A DNA stretch of 64,000 bases from Somniosus microcephalus (taxonomy: Eukaryota), in contig CM126203.1 of NCBI GenBank assembly GCA_052327205.1, positions 40,300,001 through 40,364,000 of the forward strand, in the 5' to 3' direction. Positions 50,231-64,000 of this stretch are shown piece after piece; positions within the stretch are counted from its first letter, which is position 1; every line of letters begins with the position of its first letter. The notes beneath the pieces are model-generated. The model did not search any database. It saw only the letters and a program-made list of their open reading frames with translations, and was not told the DNA's origin. The translations under genes and the position numbers were made by a program.

Positions 50231-50819
50231 CTCATCTACAATCTCGACTCTGAGTAAGAAGATCACGGGTTCAAGCTTCACTCCAGAGACTCAAGCGCGT
50301 AATTTATGCTGACACTTCAGTACAGTACTGAGGGGTAATGCACTGTCGAAGTTGCGTCTTTCAGATAAGCCGTTAAATCAAGGCCCCTGACTTCATTCTT
50401 CAAGTAGACGTAAAAGATCCTGGCGGAGGAATGAGGGAGGGAAAGAGGAAGAGGGAGGGAAAGAGGAAAGGCTGTTACAGGAAGAGAGTTTTTCCTGCAA
50501 TGAAGAGAGCAATGCCATAGGAGGAAACTATCAGAATACATCATTCAGTAGATGGTATAACATTGATTGTAACAATTTTATCCTCTGACTCACAAGGATA
50601 CCGCAGGAGATCCACTAATACATATATAATAGAGGATTTCCCATGACATAATTCATTTATTATTCACTGAACGTTGCCTGATTCAGTGGCACTTGTCAAC
50701 ATTCGGTACTCATGAAGAACTATTTCACATAAATGACACCACCAGATCCTGGCTACAGTTTTGGAGCGACAAGCCATGACGATTCATGGTAAATCAAATT
50801 ATATGCAGCTTAAAAGTAA

Positions 50820-52237
50820 ACTGCCCAGGTATGTCCTGTCCACAAAAGACAGGACAAATCCAATCCGGCCAATTACCACCCCATCAGTCTACTCTCAATC
50901 AGCAGCAAAGCGATGGAAGGTGTCGTCGACAGTGCTATCAAGCAGCACTTACTCACCAATAACCTGCTCACTGATGCCCAGTTTAGGTTCCGCCAAGACC
51001 ACTCGGCTCCCGACCTCATTACAGCCTTGGTCCAAACATGGACAAAGGAGCTGAATTCCAGAGGTGAGGTGACAGTGACTGCCCTAGACATCAAGGCAGC
51101 ATTTGGCCAAGTGTGGCATCAAGGGGCCCTAGTAAAACTGAAATCAATTGGAATCAGGGGAAAACTCTCCACTGGCTGGAGTCATACCTAGCACAAAGGA
51201 AGATGGTTGTGGTGGTTGAAGGTCAATCATCCCAGCCCCAGGACATCGCTGCAGGAGTTCCTCAGGGCAGTGTCCTAGGCCCAACCATCTTCAGCTGCTT
51301 CATCAATGACCTCCCCTCCAACATAAGGTCATAAATGGGGATGTTCACTGATGTTCAGTGCCATTCCGAACTCCTCAGATAATGAAGCAGTCCATGCCCG
51401 CATGCAACAAGACCTGGACGACGTTCAGGCTTGGGCTGATAAGTGGCAGATAACATTTGCGTCACAGAAGTGCCAGGCAATGACTATCTCCAACAAGCGG
51501 GAGTCTAACCACCTCCCCTTGATATTCAACAGTATTACCATCTCCGAATCTGCCACCATCAGCATCCTGGGGGTCACCATTGACCAGAAACTTAACTGGA
51601 CCAGCCACATAAATACTGTGGCAACAAGAGCAGGTCAGAGGCTGGGTATTCTGCGGCGAGTGTCTCACCTCCTGACTCCCCAAAGCCTTTCCACCATCTA
51701 CAAGGCACAAGTCAGGAGTGTGATGGAATACTCTCCACTTGCCTGGATGAGTACAGCTCCAACAACACTCAAGAAGCTCGACACCATCCAGGACAAAGCA
51801 GCCTGCTTGATTGGCACCCCATCCACCACCTTAAACATTCAATCCCTCCACCACCGGCGTACTGTGGCTGCAGTGTGTACCATCTACAAGATGCACTGCA
51901 GCAACTCGCCAAGGCCTCTTCGGCAGCAGCTGCCAAACCCACGACCTCTTCCACCTAGAAGGACAAGGGTAGCAGGCACATGGGAACACCACCACCTCCA
52001 AGTTCCCCTCCAAGGCACACACCATCCTGACTTAGAAGTATAGCGCCGATCCTTCATCGTCACTGGGTCAAAATCCTGGAACTCCCTACCTAACTGCACT
52101 GTGGGAGTACCATCACCACACGGACTGCAGCGGTTCAAGGCGGCGGCTCACCAACACCTTCTCAAGGGCAATTAGGGATGGGCAATAAATGCTGGCCTTG
52201 CCAGCGATGCACACATCCCATTAACAAATTTAAAAAT
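50820..52237 (+). mobile_element. Family-A CR1-group LINE, 5'-truncated
   Basis: ORFs 50913-52043 carry LDIKAAF, GVPQGSVLGP and RSVMEYSPLAW; YADD region deleted; family-A tail. Confidence 0.93.
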
Positions 52238-52777
52238 GCACAAAGCATCATTCTTCTGCCACGGTTGAACGGTGTTTAAATTGACCTTTCCCCTTAATTC
52301 CACACTTTAATTGTTACAAGTCACTGGGAGTCTTGTTTGGTGAAAGAGCTTTGAATATGCTGATAAGTTTCAGGTTGCGGCTCAAAAACAGCCAGCATTT
52401 CAAGATTTCAGTTGCAAATCAGGCCGTGATGCTAAAGTGTGACGTGCGTTTTTATTATTACACATTTCTAAGTATTATATTAGAAGCCTCGTATATAGAG
52501 CAGACTTCCTCTAACATTTCTCTATCACACACTTCCATCTCATCTTGAAAACAGTCACGAAATCTGTTAATATACATCACTTTTACAAACTTTCTTTCAA
52601 ACGCAAGAGAGAATTTCAATCCCAGTTATATAAAAGTGCTCTCCCCATATCTTTATGACAAAACAAAGCATTCAGACGTCTGTGTTTAAAGTGGTGTAAA
52701 TCTGACCATTAGCACAGGAGTTTAAGGTCACACTTGTTAACTCAGAAGCACTTGCTGTAATTTAGGATTAATTTGTA

Positions 52778-53110
52778 ATGGCCCAGAAATTGCTGAAAAA
52801 TAATGACGCATTAACGCGCTCGCCATTATTACTTCGTCCAAAAAAAACAGCAATTTGTGGCGAAGAGGAGATACGCCATGAGTTTCGATTCGCCATAAAT
52901 TGCTGGACGATTTACGCCACTCCGCCATTAACCTCAACAAACCCGAAGAAATTGTAACCGCGCCATTAGCCTCCCCATTTAAATTAATTACGTGGCCCTA
53001 AAATTCTAGATTTGCATCATTAATGTGAAATAATCTCGCCGCAGCCATTTCAGGCTGGTAATTCATGTCGTAAGGACCCTGTTCATGACGTGATTTCGGT
53101 TCTGACATGA
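52778..53110 (+). mobile_element. Truncated TIR-element end related to the 1687/61193 family
   Basis: Starts ATGGCCCAGAAATTGCTGAAAAATAATGACG, similar to 1686-1715; CpG-rich. Confidence 0.5.
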
Positions 53111-54896
53111 CACTCACCCTTAAGAGGCTCAGAAAGGGAACAGTTGAAGCTGAAGTGTCTCACTCCAGCAGGTACTGAATTGTTGCTAGGGTTTTTTTTT
53201 AAAACTTTTTATCTGTCTTAGCAGTATTTCTGTCCCAGCCTTGCCATCCACACTCCTGTTAGTGTTGCAAGGCAATCATTTTCAGGATGCAAAGCTGTTT
53301 CGACAGTCCGAAATGCAAAGACGATAGATTTATTTCAGAAAATAATTTTGGGATGCAGTATATTCGTGACGTTGTACGTGTAGCACGCTTGGGAGGAAAA
53401 AGATGACTTAGGACCCAAGGTTCCCAAAGCTCTCCACCACTAGGGTGTTCCTCATGTCATATCTGGGTCTGTTGTAGACTAATTGATAGAGATTGCTTGC
53501 TATGATTAGTCAACAACTCATTATTGTTGTATTGTGTGACTGCCAGGATGGTAGAAGGCAAACTCGGCGAACCTTGGTCTTTTACATTCCAGCAATTTCT
53601 ATGTTCCTATGAAAGCAGTTCCACTGTTCCTGATCATGATGGACGAGGCCACTAATTCTATACTTCATTGGTCAAGAATGTCTGTACATTTCTCACACCT
53701 ACCCTGCCATTCACTCATTAACTTCCATGGACCAATATAACAACTTTTTTTTTTACAATCAGCAAATGTGTCATGCGCTCAGTTTTAGAGGTAAATTTTC
53801 CACGATAAAAGGTCAACATTTGGCCATCACCATTCTGTGTCAGCCCGCAATAGCATGTCCCATTGTAAAGTGAGCAGCTATAAGCCGTCAAGACAGGCAA
53901 TCATGCCAGCATTTATACAGCTTATGAGCCTTCCAAGTCTCAGGAAGCAGCCAGCAGTCCAACCTCTCTGCATGGATAAAGGTAGGTTTAATCCTTTTAT
54001 ATATATATAATTGACTTTTATCTTCATTTTTAAAAATATGAATTTTGCCAGGTCAGGCCTCCGGGTCTATTGCAACTGTATCCCAGACTCCATTCCCAGC
54101 TCCTCACATTTGGGCTCCAGGCCCTGTCTGCCCCACCCACTCCACCCCAACCCAACCATTCCGAACAGCATTTTTGAACACTGATTTTTTTTTAATAAAA
54201 TATAAATCCTCAAGTTTTAGCTTTATTTCTAAATACTGTTCATTAAATTTTGCCAGTTCAGGCCTCCAGGCTCCTCACTACTCCCCGTCAGCCTCTCTCT
54301 GGTGTTTTAAAATCTTTAGATTCTAGTCTTTTTCATCTTTCCAACATCGTTAATAGTGTTTTTTTTTTATATAAAGTGCCCTCTGCGCACCCTCCTACCC
54401 ACGCTCTACCTCCCCCTCTAGCGTTATAGCCCTCCTTAGGCACTCATCTAATAATTCCTGGTGCCCTCTAACCCCACTGCAACTGAGAACTGCACTTGAC
54501 CTCAATTCTCCCTGTGCAATGTTACAGGACAGCAACTAATTAATTAATTTATATATAATAGAACATTAACTCTCACATTGACCCCAGTCGCTCTCTACTT
54601 AATGCACTTTCTAGTTTATAGAACACAAAATAAAGGCAATAACAAGTTTGTACTCAGAATCAGAATATTCTCATTTTTGCACAGACAGAATTTTTAAAAC
54701 AATCAGTATAAATATTCAACAAAATTTCTGAAATTGGCTTTCATTTTTCAAAATTTGAAAAGCTACTGAGCATAAAGTGCTGGAAGCTAAATGAAAACAT
54801 TCCATCAATTCAATAAATAGTACTGATGCATACTGAAAAATTAGTTATATTATACATGTTTAGACTGTAAAATGGACAGTAAACTAACGACTATGG

Positions 54897-56005
54897 TCAG
54901 AGCATGTGGAGTCAGGGGACAAGTAGCGTAATGGATAGCAAGCTGGCTACAAAACAGAAAAAAGAGTGTAGAGGTTAAAGGTAGCTACTCAGACTGGTGG
55001 AAGGTGGGAAGAGGTGTTCCACAGGGATCGGTGCTGGGACCACTGCTGTTCACCAATTACATAAACGATTGCGACTCGGGAATTGGAAGTCAAATTACAA
55101 AATTTGCAGTTGACATCAAATTGGGGGTATAGTTAATATGAAGAGGACTACGACAAGATACAAGACGATGTTAAGAAACTTGCAGAATGGGCATATAAAT
55201 GGCAAATGAATTTCAATAGACAAGTGTGCGGTGGTGCATTTTGACAGGAAGAATAAGGAAAATAAGAGTCTAAATGGAGTAGAGGAGCAAAGGGATCTCG
55301 GGGTACAAATTCACAAATCATTAAAAGTAGCGACGCAAGTTAACAAGGCCATAAAAAGTACAAACATAGCACGGGGGTTAATTTCTAGAGGAATAGAAGT
55401 GAAAAAGCAGAAGTTACGTTAAACTTATATAGAACCTTGGTTAGACCACACTTAGAGTACTGTGCACGGTTCCGGTCTCTTTATTACAAGAGAAGGATAT
55501 AGAGATATGGAGAAGGTGCAAAAAAAGATTTACAAGGATGATGCCAGAACTGTGAGGTTATAACCATCAGGAAGGACAGAACAGGCTGGGGCTCTTTTCT
55601 CTAGAAAAGAGAAGGTGGAGGGGTGACCTAATAGAGGTCTTTAAAATTATGAATGGGTTTAATAGGGCAGATGTAAAGATGTTTCCACTTCTGGAGGGTG
55701 GGGGCAAGAGCAGGGGTGGGTCCAATTCTGGGGGTCATAAATATAAGACAGTCACTAATAAATCCAATAAGGAATTCAGGAGAAACTTCTTAACCCAGAG
55801 AGTAGTTAGAACGTGGAAATAGGTACCACGTGGAGTGGCTGAGGCAAATAGCTTAGATGATTTTATGGGGAGGCTCGATAAGTACATGAGGGAGAAAGGA
55901 ATAGAAGGATATTCTGAAAGGGTTCGATGAAGTAGGGTGGGAGGAGGCTCGTGTGGACCATAAACACTGGCTTGGCCTGTTTCTTTGCTGTAATTGCAAT
56001 GTAAT
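54897..56005 (+). mobile_element. Degraded CR1 LINE RT and 3' end
   Basis: ggtgttccacagggatcggtgctgggacc (GVPQGSVLGP), QRDLGVQIHKSLKV, RPHLEYC and a CR1-like tail. Confidence 0.88.
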
Positions 56006-56726
56006 TCCAAGTGATACAAATTCAGCTCACAGCAACACAGCTCTGGGGGGGAAAAAAAAAATCAGGTTCAACCCCTGGTTTTTGAGAGGCCAAGACATTC
56101 AAGTAAAACCTTTAATTAAGGAATTAAAAGACACAAGAAGCAATTCAATAGATAAATTTACTCTTGTGAAACAGGTATGTTTCTGATTTTGTTGAAACCC
56201 TTATTTTGGACACTAGAAATTTGAGTTAATTAGGAAAGAAATGGCAGTTGAAAAATATTTCAGAAAGTATTTTGAGCAATTTATCGGAACCCGGTGGCCA
56301 GATTACGCAAATCAAAGTGACTAATTTACATAGGCAAAACCGATTATAAATGAGGCCATAGGAATTTATAATGGAAAGAAGTTGATAAAAATATAAATGT
56401 GTAGGCTTAGTGACTTTCAGTTATAGCTGTGAACAAGAAGTGCTATTACTATAGCAGAACTTCATGTCAGTATGAGGACTGCACCTGTCAGTCCTCAAAT
56501 AGCAATTCTGAAGTATAAAACAAAATAATGGCGACTGGGAATCTCTAATAATTCTGTGGGATAAGTCGACAAATCCCCATCAAAAACTACATCTGACTGT
56601 CGATCACAAATTCTTGGCTACACCGTCAGCACTGTTGCCAAATTATATGCTTTTAAGAGATACCCCCAACCAAAAGCACCTACACTTTGATTGCACATCA
56701 CCAACAAAGGTTAACTTTGTCAGTGT

Positions 56727-57160
56727 CAGCCATGACTCAGTGGGTAGCACTCTCGCCTGAGTCAGAAGGTTGTGGGTTCAAGTCCCACTCCTGAGACTTG
56801 AGCACAAAATCTAGGCTGACACTCCAGTATAGTGCTGAGGGAGTGCTGCACTGTCAGAGGTGCCGTCTTTCAGATGAAACTTTAAACTGAGGCCCCATCT
56901 GCCCTCTCAGGTGGACTTAAAAGATCCCATGGCACTATTTCGAAGAAGAACACGGGAGCTCTTCCCAGTGTCCTGACCAATATTCATCCCTCAGTCAACA
57001 TCACTAAAACAGATTATCTGGTCATTATCACATTGCTGTTTGTGGGAGCTTGCTGTGCGCAAACTCGCTGCCATGTTTCCTACATTACAAAAGTACTTCA
57101 TTGGCTGTAAAGCGCTTTGGGATGTACGGTGGTCGTTACATAAATGCAAGTCTTTTTTTA
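56727..57160 (+). mobile_element. Full-length DeuSINE-like SINE
   Basis: A box tgactcagtggg, B box ggttcaagtcc, central domain and L2-type tail. Confidence 0.88.
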
Positions 57161-57362
57161 AATGGCAGTCATGTGAGGAATCTCTTAGATTGTGTGTCCG
57201 TGTTTCTCTCTCTACCTCAACCAGACAATCCCCGATACCAGGCTCTTTCTCTCTCTTCTTCTTCCCCAACCCCACCCACCACCACCACTTGTTTTAAGCC
57301 TAGCAATTCATCACATGTCCTCGCTCGAATGCTATGTCACTGAGGCCAAGTGCTGCTCTGTA

Positions 57363-57706
57363 ACAAGATGCACTGCAGCAACTCGCCAAGGCTTCTTCTG
57401 CAGCACCTCCCAAAAACGTGACCTCTTCCACGTAGAAGGACAAGGGCAGCAGGCGCATGGGAACACCACCGCCTCCAAGTTCCCCTCCAAGTCACACACC
57501 ATCTTGACTTGGAAGTATATCGCCGTTCCTTCATCGTCGCTGGGTCAAAATCCTGGAACTCACTGCACTGTGGGAGTACCTTCACCACATGGACTACAGC
57601 GGTTCAAGGCGGCAGCTCACCACCACCTTCTCGAGGGCAATTATGGATGGGCAATAAATGCTGGCCTTGTCAGCGACGCCCACATCTCAGGAACAAATAT
57701 AAAAAA
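57363..57706 (+). mobile_element. Family-A LINE 3' fragment
   Basis: Colinear with 1259-1610 and 51886-52237. Confidence 0.88.
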
Positions 57707-58507
57707 GAACCCTGGGTGAGATCAGCTAACAGCCCACACTGAACATGATCTGTTTGGCTCAATTTCATGCCAACTTTTACCTACTGGGCCATAAGAGACA
57801 GAGCCTTTTCTGTAAATTAAATAAAAACTTAGAAAGTTTAAGAAAAAAAATTACAAAATCTTTTAACCAACAGGTTATGAATGAGGTTTAAGCAGTAAAA
57901 CGTCAGCGATTTTGATCAAAAATTCAGATATTTCTAACCCCAATAAAAATTACAAAAGTAAACACGAACAAAATCTATTTGGTCAATCTTCCCAAAAGTA
58001 CTTATTAACAGAGAATCTTTTGTAAAACAATCATTGCAAATGAAAAGCTCTCTCTTGATAATCCAAACTCTCTGATATCTCCCAAAAGGCACTGATAACC
58101 AAAGTTCACTTTCTACAGATTTGAACAGGATGCTTCCAGGGCAACTCGGATACGGCTTTTGGGTTTGCACTGTGACGTTCCAATTCTGTGATCCATAGAT
58201 TGACCTTCTGGACCACATTCTGCACATTAATTACACCCAAGGTGGAATTCAGGAGAGGCACTTTGCCTTAACTTTAGATAAAGAGGAGACTTTCAGTGAA
58301 GCGAACATCTTTCTGGTGAAAACAATTCAGTCACCAGAAGACAAGGGTGTTAACCTTTAGAGCAGACCAATCATAAACTATGCTCGATAAATAATGAGCT
58401 TGTGAAATGGATTAAAAGTAACAAAAAAGGGATGGGTTGTACAAAATAAACTTTACCTTTTATATTTAAGATCAAACCTTTCAACTTTCAGGAAGAGGAT
58501 TACATAC

Positions 58508-58621
58508 CGCTGTTCTTGTCATCCCTCAGGCTGGTTGGAGAATCCATATGGAGCAGTGCCTCGGCTGCCTCGATGGTCTTATCTGTGCAGTGGACATGGC
58601 TGCTATGGACAGATGCTTCCA
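58508..58621 (-). CDS. ELF2: ELF2 coding exon (VEASVHSSHVHCTDKTIEAAEALLHMDSPTSLRDDKNS); not in the ORF track
   Basis: Read manually on the - strand: cttacAG|TGGAAGCA...AACAGCG|GTatgt, 114 bp, phase 1/1. Contains the ELF-family TIEAAEALL motif. Confidence 0.95.
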
Positions 58622-61192
58622 CTGTAAGATTAGAGCAACAGAGTTTGTAAGCCAAAGTACCAATGGATGCACACAGTGCATTACTTATATGCAGTTTGAG
58701 ATCATAAACCAGCAGAATTCTACAGACTGAATTTGCACTGAAATGTTAATATTTTTAAAGACTGGTCATTGAATACCATTGTTGTTGTAGAATTGCTAAC
58801 ACTACAGCCCTCCAAGAATCCCTTCCCCTCTTCCAACACAAGATGGTCTAACTCCAGTTGCAAATTCCTGCCTACTTGCAGTCGGATCCCATTTTCCAAT
58901 CTGCCTATTGGACAACAGCAGATACAAGCACATTACTGTGCAACTCCAACTGATCTGGAAGGAGCCAAGTCTAGCTTGGTAAGAAGTATACTACTAGTCC
59001 AACAATAAAAAAGGTAGCTTTTGTCTGGAAATATACTTTGATCAGGATGGGGAAGGAGATATTAGATGGCACAGCCAGTCAAGCATACAGTTTTCTCACT
59101 TCTGGGAACTAGGTCAGAATCCAGTCGAGACTGATGTCTCCTTTGGTACCTGTAAGAGTATTATGAATTTAGACAGTGCCTTACAAGCATAATTCAGAGA
59201 GAAAAAAAAGTGCTCATGGTTCAGCATCAATTGGCGCTCTCATTCAGGAAGCTACAGGAATGGCTGATACAGTATGGGGAATAGGACAAAAAGGCACTCA
59301 GGCAATTCTTGAGGGCGTTATGCTAAATATGGACTGCTTCCTGCTAACACTGGATGGCAAAAGTAGAAAAGTGATGATTTTTCCAGCACTGACATCCATC
59401 ACCTTGTTAAGTGCGGGGGAAAAAAAGATAAAGAACCTTCCATGGAAATAAGCCTTACTGGTTCCTTTAAATAGAACAGTTGACCCTCAAATCTTGTGCA
59501 ACTTCCCTGGTTGGAGCAAGGCAATTATATACACATACACAGACTGTAAATCCTTACGTAATACTGCAACACAAATAGCACACAAAAGGTACAAAAAAGT
59601 GCTCTATATTATTTGTGAAGAAAAATCTCACTGAATTGTTGAATATATCACCATTTACGCTCTATCCCATACACTGTGAAGTGGTCATCTTCTAGTGACC
59701 ACACCGCTACACAGAAAACCACAATATTTAACACTTGAAACGCAACAGAGAAAAATCACAGTACTGCACAAGAGTCACCCTGCAAATAAAATAATTCAAA
59801 AACAGATTTAAACTGTTGCTCAATGCCAGACTGTTGCAAAAAGAAAAGTTTATTTGATTTTCTTTTTTATTTGATGCATGACAAACCTCCTCAATAACAT
59901 CCATATACAGGGCAGCCTTTCAAGATCAGTTTGTTTACAATTGGAAACACAACCTTAAAAGAAAAAAAATACTGCAGTTAAGTTAGTGGATTTAAACTCT
60001 TAAAAAGGAGACACACTTCATTAAGGTGGTATCACTGCTGGTGCAATTTCTAATATAATTCTACCAAATAAAATATGTAATTGAAAACATATTTACTACA
60101 GGTAGAGTAACATTCCTGCCAGCCTGCCAAGACCATCATTCTGAGTGTGAGTAGCCCAACCAGGCTGCAGCTGCATGTTCCTGCCCACCTGCAGCCTGAT
60201 TTTATTTTCCTCAGATAGCAAAAAGTAATGAAGCAACAAGTGCGAGAGGGAATGTAGTCCCTACCTAATTTTCTTTTTAAACTACACACCACAGATTTAG
60301 ATTTATAAAAAGGACGATGGAGAAATAATGGTATATTAAAAAATAGAAATTTAATTCGGGAGCAACATCTTCCTTAAAAGACCAGCATCAAGATTCATAC
60401 AGGTTAGACTGTAACTTTAAAGATGCAGTGCCCAAAATCAGTTTTCACCTACACATAGCTGCTAGAAGCTGTCGAAGTCTAGCTGCAAAAAGCATTGTGT
60501 TCCCCATAGCATCCATTTTAAAAACTTTAATCCTTAACGAAAAACAGCAGCAGTATAATCACCTCCACTCTGACCCATTTCTAATTTTTAAAAACTATGA
60601 ACAAAAAAACGTTCCCTCATCACAATATATAAAATATATTGCATTCAACCTCTGCTGCAAAAGGTGACTTTAAAAAAACACAACGTGAAAATAGAGCCGT
60701 GGAAAACTTTTAAATATCTATGCTTTTTAAGCATCTAAGCATTAGGGAGGGGGAGCACTGTAACTTTAAAATCAAACTGGGTATTATGTCTTATTTATTA
60801 AATTAGCAAAAGAAAAATGCCATTATATTTGAGTATGATTCAAAGCTCACAAGATGAGACAGTATTAAAAGGTAGACGTCTAAGAAGTACTGTAAAATTA
60901 GAATTGCAGCATTTTGCTTCCAAGCATATTGTGCAGCATGAGAGCTGCAAACGTATCAAGATTATTCCCAAGTGATACAAATGCAACTGTACACATCCTA
61001 TTTAAACATTGTCTAGAAACTATACCTCCTCCACAAGACAAAACTGGCTTGATTGGTGAAGGAGGGAGATGGGAAGGACAGTATCAGATAAATCAATTTC
61101 TCAAGGTGAAAGCATAAATGAGGGATGTAACTGTGCTGAAATTAAGATAGGGAGCACATTTAAGATTTGATCCAGCTGGTTCTTCTAGAACA

Positions 61193-61926
61193 TTGGCCCG
61201 GATTTTGTTATAGAAAGAACAGTGAGGCTATCATTATTAAAATGTAAATCGGACAGCAACTTCCCGCAAATGCTCAGTTAAACGCGGAAATCAGGAAGCT
61301 GCTGTCCGAGTTGCCCTACTCATCCAAATTGTATGTCGCCGAGAGACTTGGCATTCAATTACATGAAGTTGCTGTACTTGCCCACTAGATATCCACTAAA
61401 CACGCCAGGAAAAACTTACACATGAATGGACAAGCCAAGCTCTAAGTGAATTTTTAATGGCATGATCAGTCTTAATAATACCAAACAACCTCTCTGGCAC
61501 TGAAAATTAACATTTACAAGTGTGGAGTCTCATTCCTTCAGATTTTAATTATTGGTGGAGATTTTTTAAAAATTAAAAAAGTTTTCACTTATTCTTTCTG
61601 TCTCTTATCTCTCTCTTAATCCCATCTTTCTTTCCCTTCTCTATTTTGCTTTCTGTACATGATTTGACATTGAATTAATCATTCTAACTTGCACTTCCTG
61701 GTTCAGACTCTGCGTGGCTCAGTAAAGATTCTTCAATCTGATTGGTTAAGGAGGCACACCGTTGCTTGCCCTGTTCACGCAAGTCCCCTGTAGAGGGCGC
61801 CGCTCTGTTTGTGCTCTCTAATAACCGCAAGTTCCAGTGAAAAAGCCCACCAAGTCTGTGGGCTTGTGCAAGCATAATGAGCGGCAAGCGCCGTTCGTTC
61901 GCCGCTGACCGCAAAATTCAGGCCAA
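61193..61926 (+). mobile_element. Non-autonomous TIR element (about 730 bp)
   Basis: TIRs TTGGCCCGGATTTTG / CAAAATTCAGGCCAA (13 of 15 complementary); colinear with 1687-2412. Confidence 0.82.
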
Positions 61927-64000
61927 TAGAAATTTCACCAACAATTGGAAGCCAGCAACTTAAGGTCAAATGTGCATTTAAGTACATGTGCACAGAGCTC
62001 CATTTTCCCCAGTGCATCAGGTAAGCACTGTGCTAAAGAGGATAGCACCAGTGCAAAACCAGAAGAGTGAAGCATACCTGCACCATAAGTCACCACCAAT
62101 GTAGTAGGATCAGAGCTGTAATGCTATTCTGCATATAGTGCTCCTGAATGATGTGCATGCATAACGTCAGTGTTTATTAGGGGAATCAAACTACCAAAGT
62201 TGTAAACAAGTTACTATGCATAATAGCGGACATCAATAACAATAACATTGTAATGGCTTGCACCTCTACTTATTTTCAAATTTAAAAAAAAAATCAGCAG
62301 CTCTCCCAACAATCATATGGGTCAGAAAAGCCAGGGTCAATTTGAAGTCTGTTAGCGGATGTCAACCAGGGTACTAAAACTGTCATCAGTGCTGAAAGGG
62401 GGTGGGGGTTTGGGAAGGAGGAGGAAGTCAGCCAGCTCAGTATTCAGTGACAGCCCACCCCTCCACTAGAAAGTGCACCTGCAGACCTCGGGTGCAGACA
62501 GGTTCACGCTCAACTGTAATGACCCTTAGGATAGAATAGTCTGGCGATACTCATTGTGTCGCCTTACACATTAAGAATGGCCACTTGAGCAAGGTAGTGG
62601 AGCACAACCAGCGCCAGCATCCCAACAAGAGGCGAGAAAATTGACAATAATAATTCAGATATTTCCCAACATTTTTATCAGGAACTTGGATTTGGCCAAT
62701 GAATGCTTGACGTTTTAATCAAAGTAAACATGCCAAACTATGGCTCTAATACTCCAGAATTCTGGTCATCAAAAGCAGTCGCCATTTTACATAATACATC
62801 TGGTCATCCAATAAAATGCATTAAATGTTATTCAGGAAAAAATGCAATGCTGATACTCTTAACCGATGATAGGTCAAACTTTGCTTAAAGGGCAGCTATA
62901 AATACACAGTTGTGTAGTTTGATATAAATCTGGGCTCTGCAGTTTTAGATTTCATACGGTAGTCTAACAACATTAGGTCAGAAGTAGTCTGCTGCTCTCA
63001 CACATAGACACACAAGCTCGTATAGCAATGCCACCTGTTACAGATCAACACAACTTTCACCAAGGTACCCCGCTTGCGGTTGTTTCCATTTATGGAAATG
63101 TGTTGGATGCCAGACCTTGGTCGGGAAGCAGCCGTGCGAGCGGATATATTTGCAGTTTGTACACAGCACAGGCCGCCTCTGCCCAAAGTGGAGCAGCAGG
63201 CGCCCAGTAAACTTTTTAACCTGGGAGAAAGGAGGCTAGCTCGCAGAGGGCGTGTTGGGCGGCACGATCCGATTTGCAAACTTACATTCAAACCGCAGCT
63301 GACATGAACGAACTAGACTTAGTATTTCACTAACTCTTTTTATTTGCATCACAATTACTTGATGCATATTAAGCCGCACTAAATAGTTCATCAATGTTTA
63401 ATCGCCAGGAGTTGTAGCTGCGTCAAGGAGCAGAGCGATTGGGACTCTCCCGGGGGGGGGGGGGGGGGAGACTGTACAGTAAAGTCATCAAATGCACATA
63501 AATCTACTCAAGTGTGGCGCTCAGGTTGATGCAGCATCTGCAACTTCCAAATTTAACCCCAGCCAGCAGCCGAGTTATCCTCAAAATAAGGCCATGTGGC
63601 AAGCGTCCAAAGCCTGCAGTCAGAGGACACTCCACACAGCCCCGAAGTGCGGAAGTATTATTACCTGCGGCGCAACAACACGTTTCATCAATAAAAAATA
63701 AAAGTTCAGTTTTTCCTTCCAGCTCAAACCGTCCAGTTTCAGACCTGTTTTGTAAGATCTTTCTCCTTTCCAGAAATAGAACAATATTGGGATTTGTTAC
63801 TTGAGTGAACAGCCGACTTTTTTTTAAATGAACTTTAATAATTCAAGTTTGCGACTACGACGGTAAGACAATTTGCCTAAGGTTTTTTTTTACAATGTTA
63901 ATAGTTTGTTATTGGTGTTTATTTTTGATTTGTAGGTAAGAGGAGTGAGATGATTTTCTTCAAAAAAATAAACTGGTTGCTCTGAGGGCCTCGACCACTA

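Noticed and set aside
52439-52446. Second GTGACGTG 'nocturnin element'
   Set aside because: It lies in an ELF2 intron far from any NOCT start, and one or two 8-mer hits are expected by chance in 64 kb.
61150-61190. Minus-strand NQLD peptide resembling the ELF2 NERF-1 first exon (GPTNQLDLLIRA)
   Set aside because: An in-frame TAG lies just upstream; no ATG, no donor, and the flanking residues do not match.
63451-63468. Poly-G and poly-C runs (also about 5430, 8543 and 12231) as G-quadruplex elements
   Set aside because: Simple homopolymers with unreliable assembled length and no supporting context.

Overview
Eukaryotic (vertebrate) genomic DNA. The repeat families (tRNA-Deu-L2 SINEs, CR1 LINEs, Penelope-like elements) and the divergence of the proteins suggest a cartilaginous fish; this is an inference. 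Two convergent intron-containing genes lie tail-to-tail, as at human 4q31. NOCT/CCRN4L (nocturnin, an EEP-family NADP(H) 2'-phosphatase) is on + with coding exons at 18323-18595 and 20348-21180; its canonical first exon was not found in the window. ELF2/NERF (ETS factor) is on - with six coding exons between 58621 and 29597; its first exons lie beyond the window end. Introns are full of dead retroelements (two CR1-group LINE families, L2, Penelope, SINEs) and TIR-bounded MITEs; most ORFs in the track are LINE fragments or noise. I found no wholly new multi-gene system. Best leads: a candidate alternative NOCT first exon (MDDV|VCSMG) behind a perfect D-box and a TATA-like box; an Arg-to-Cys change at the NOCT residue equivalent to human R290; minimal hammerhead ribozymes in Penelope termini; a SINE tail that forms the 3' splice site of the ELF2 recognition-helix exon; a duplicated block and a miR-122 site in the NOCT 3'UTR; and a local MITE cluster carrying RFX-like palindromes. 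Repeat boundaries were estimated by eye, and human comparisons come from recalled sequence, not a database search.
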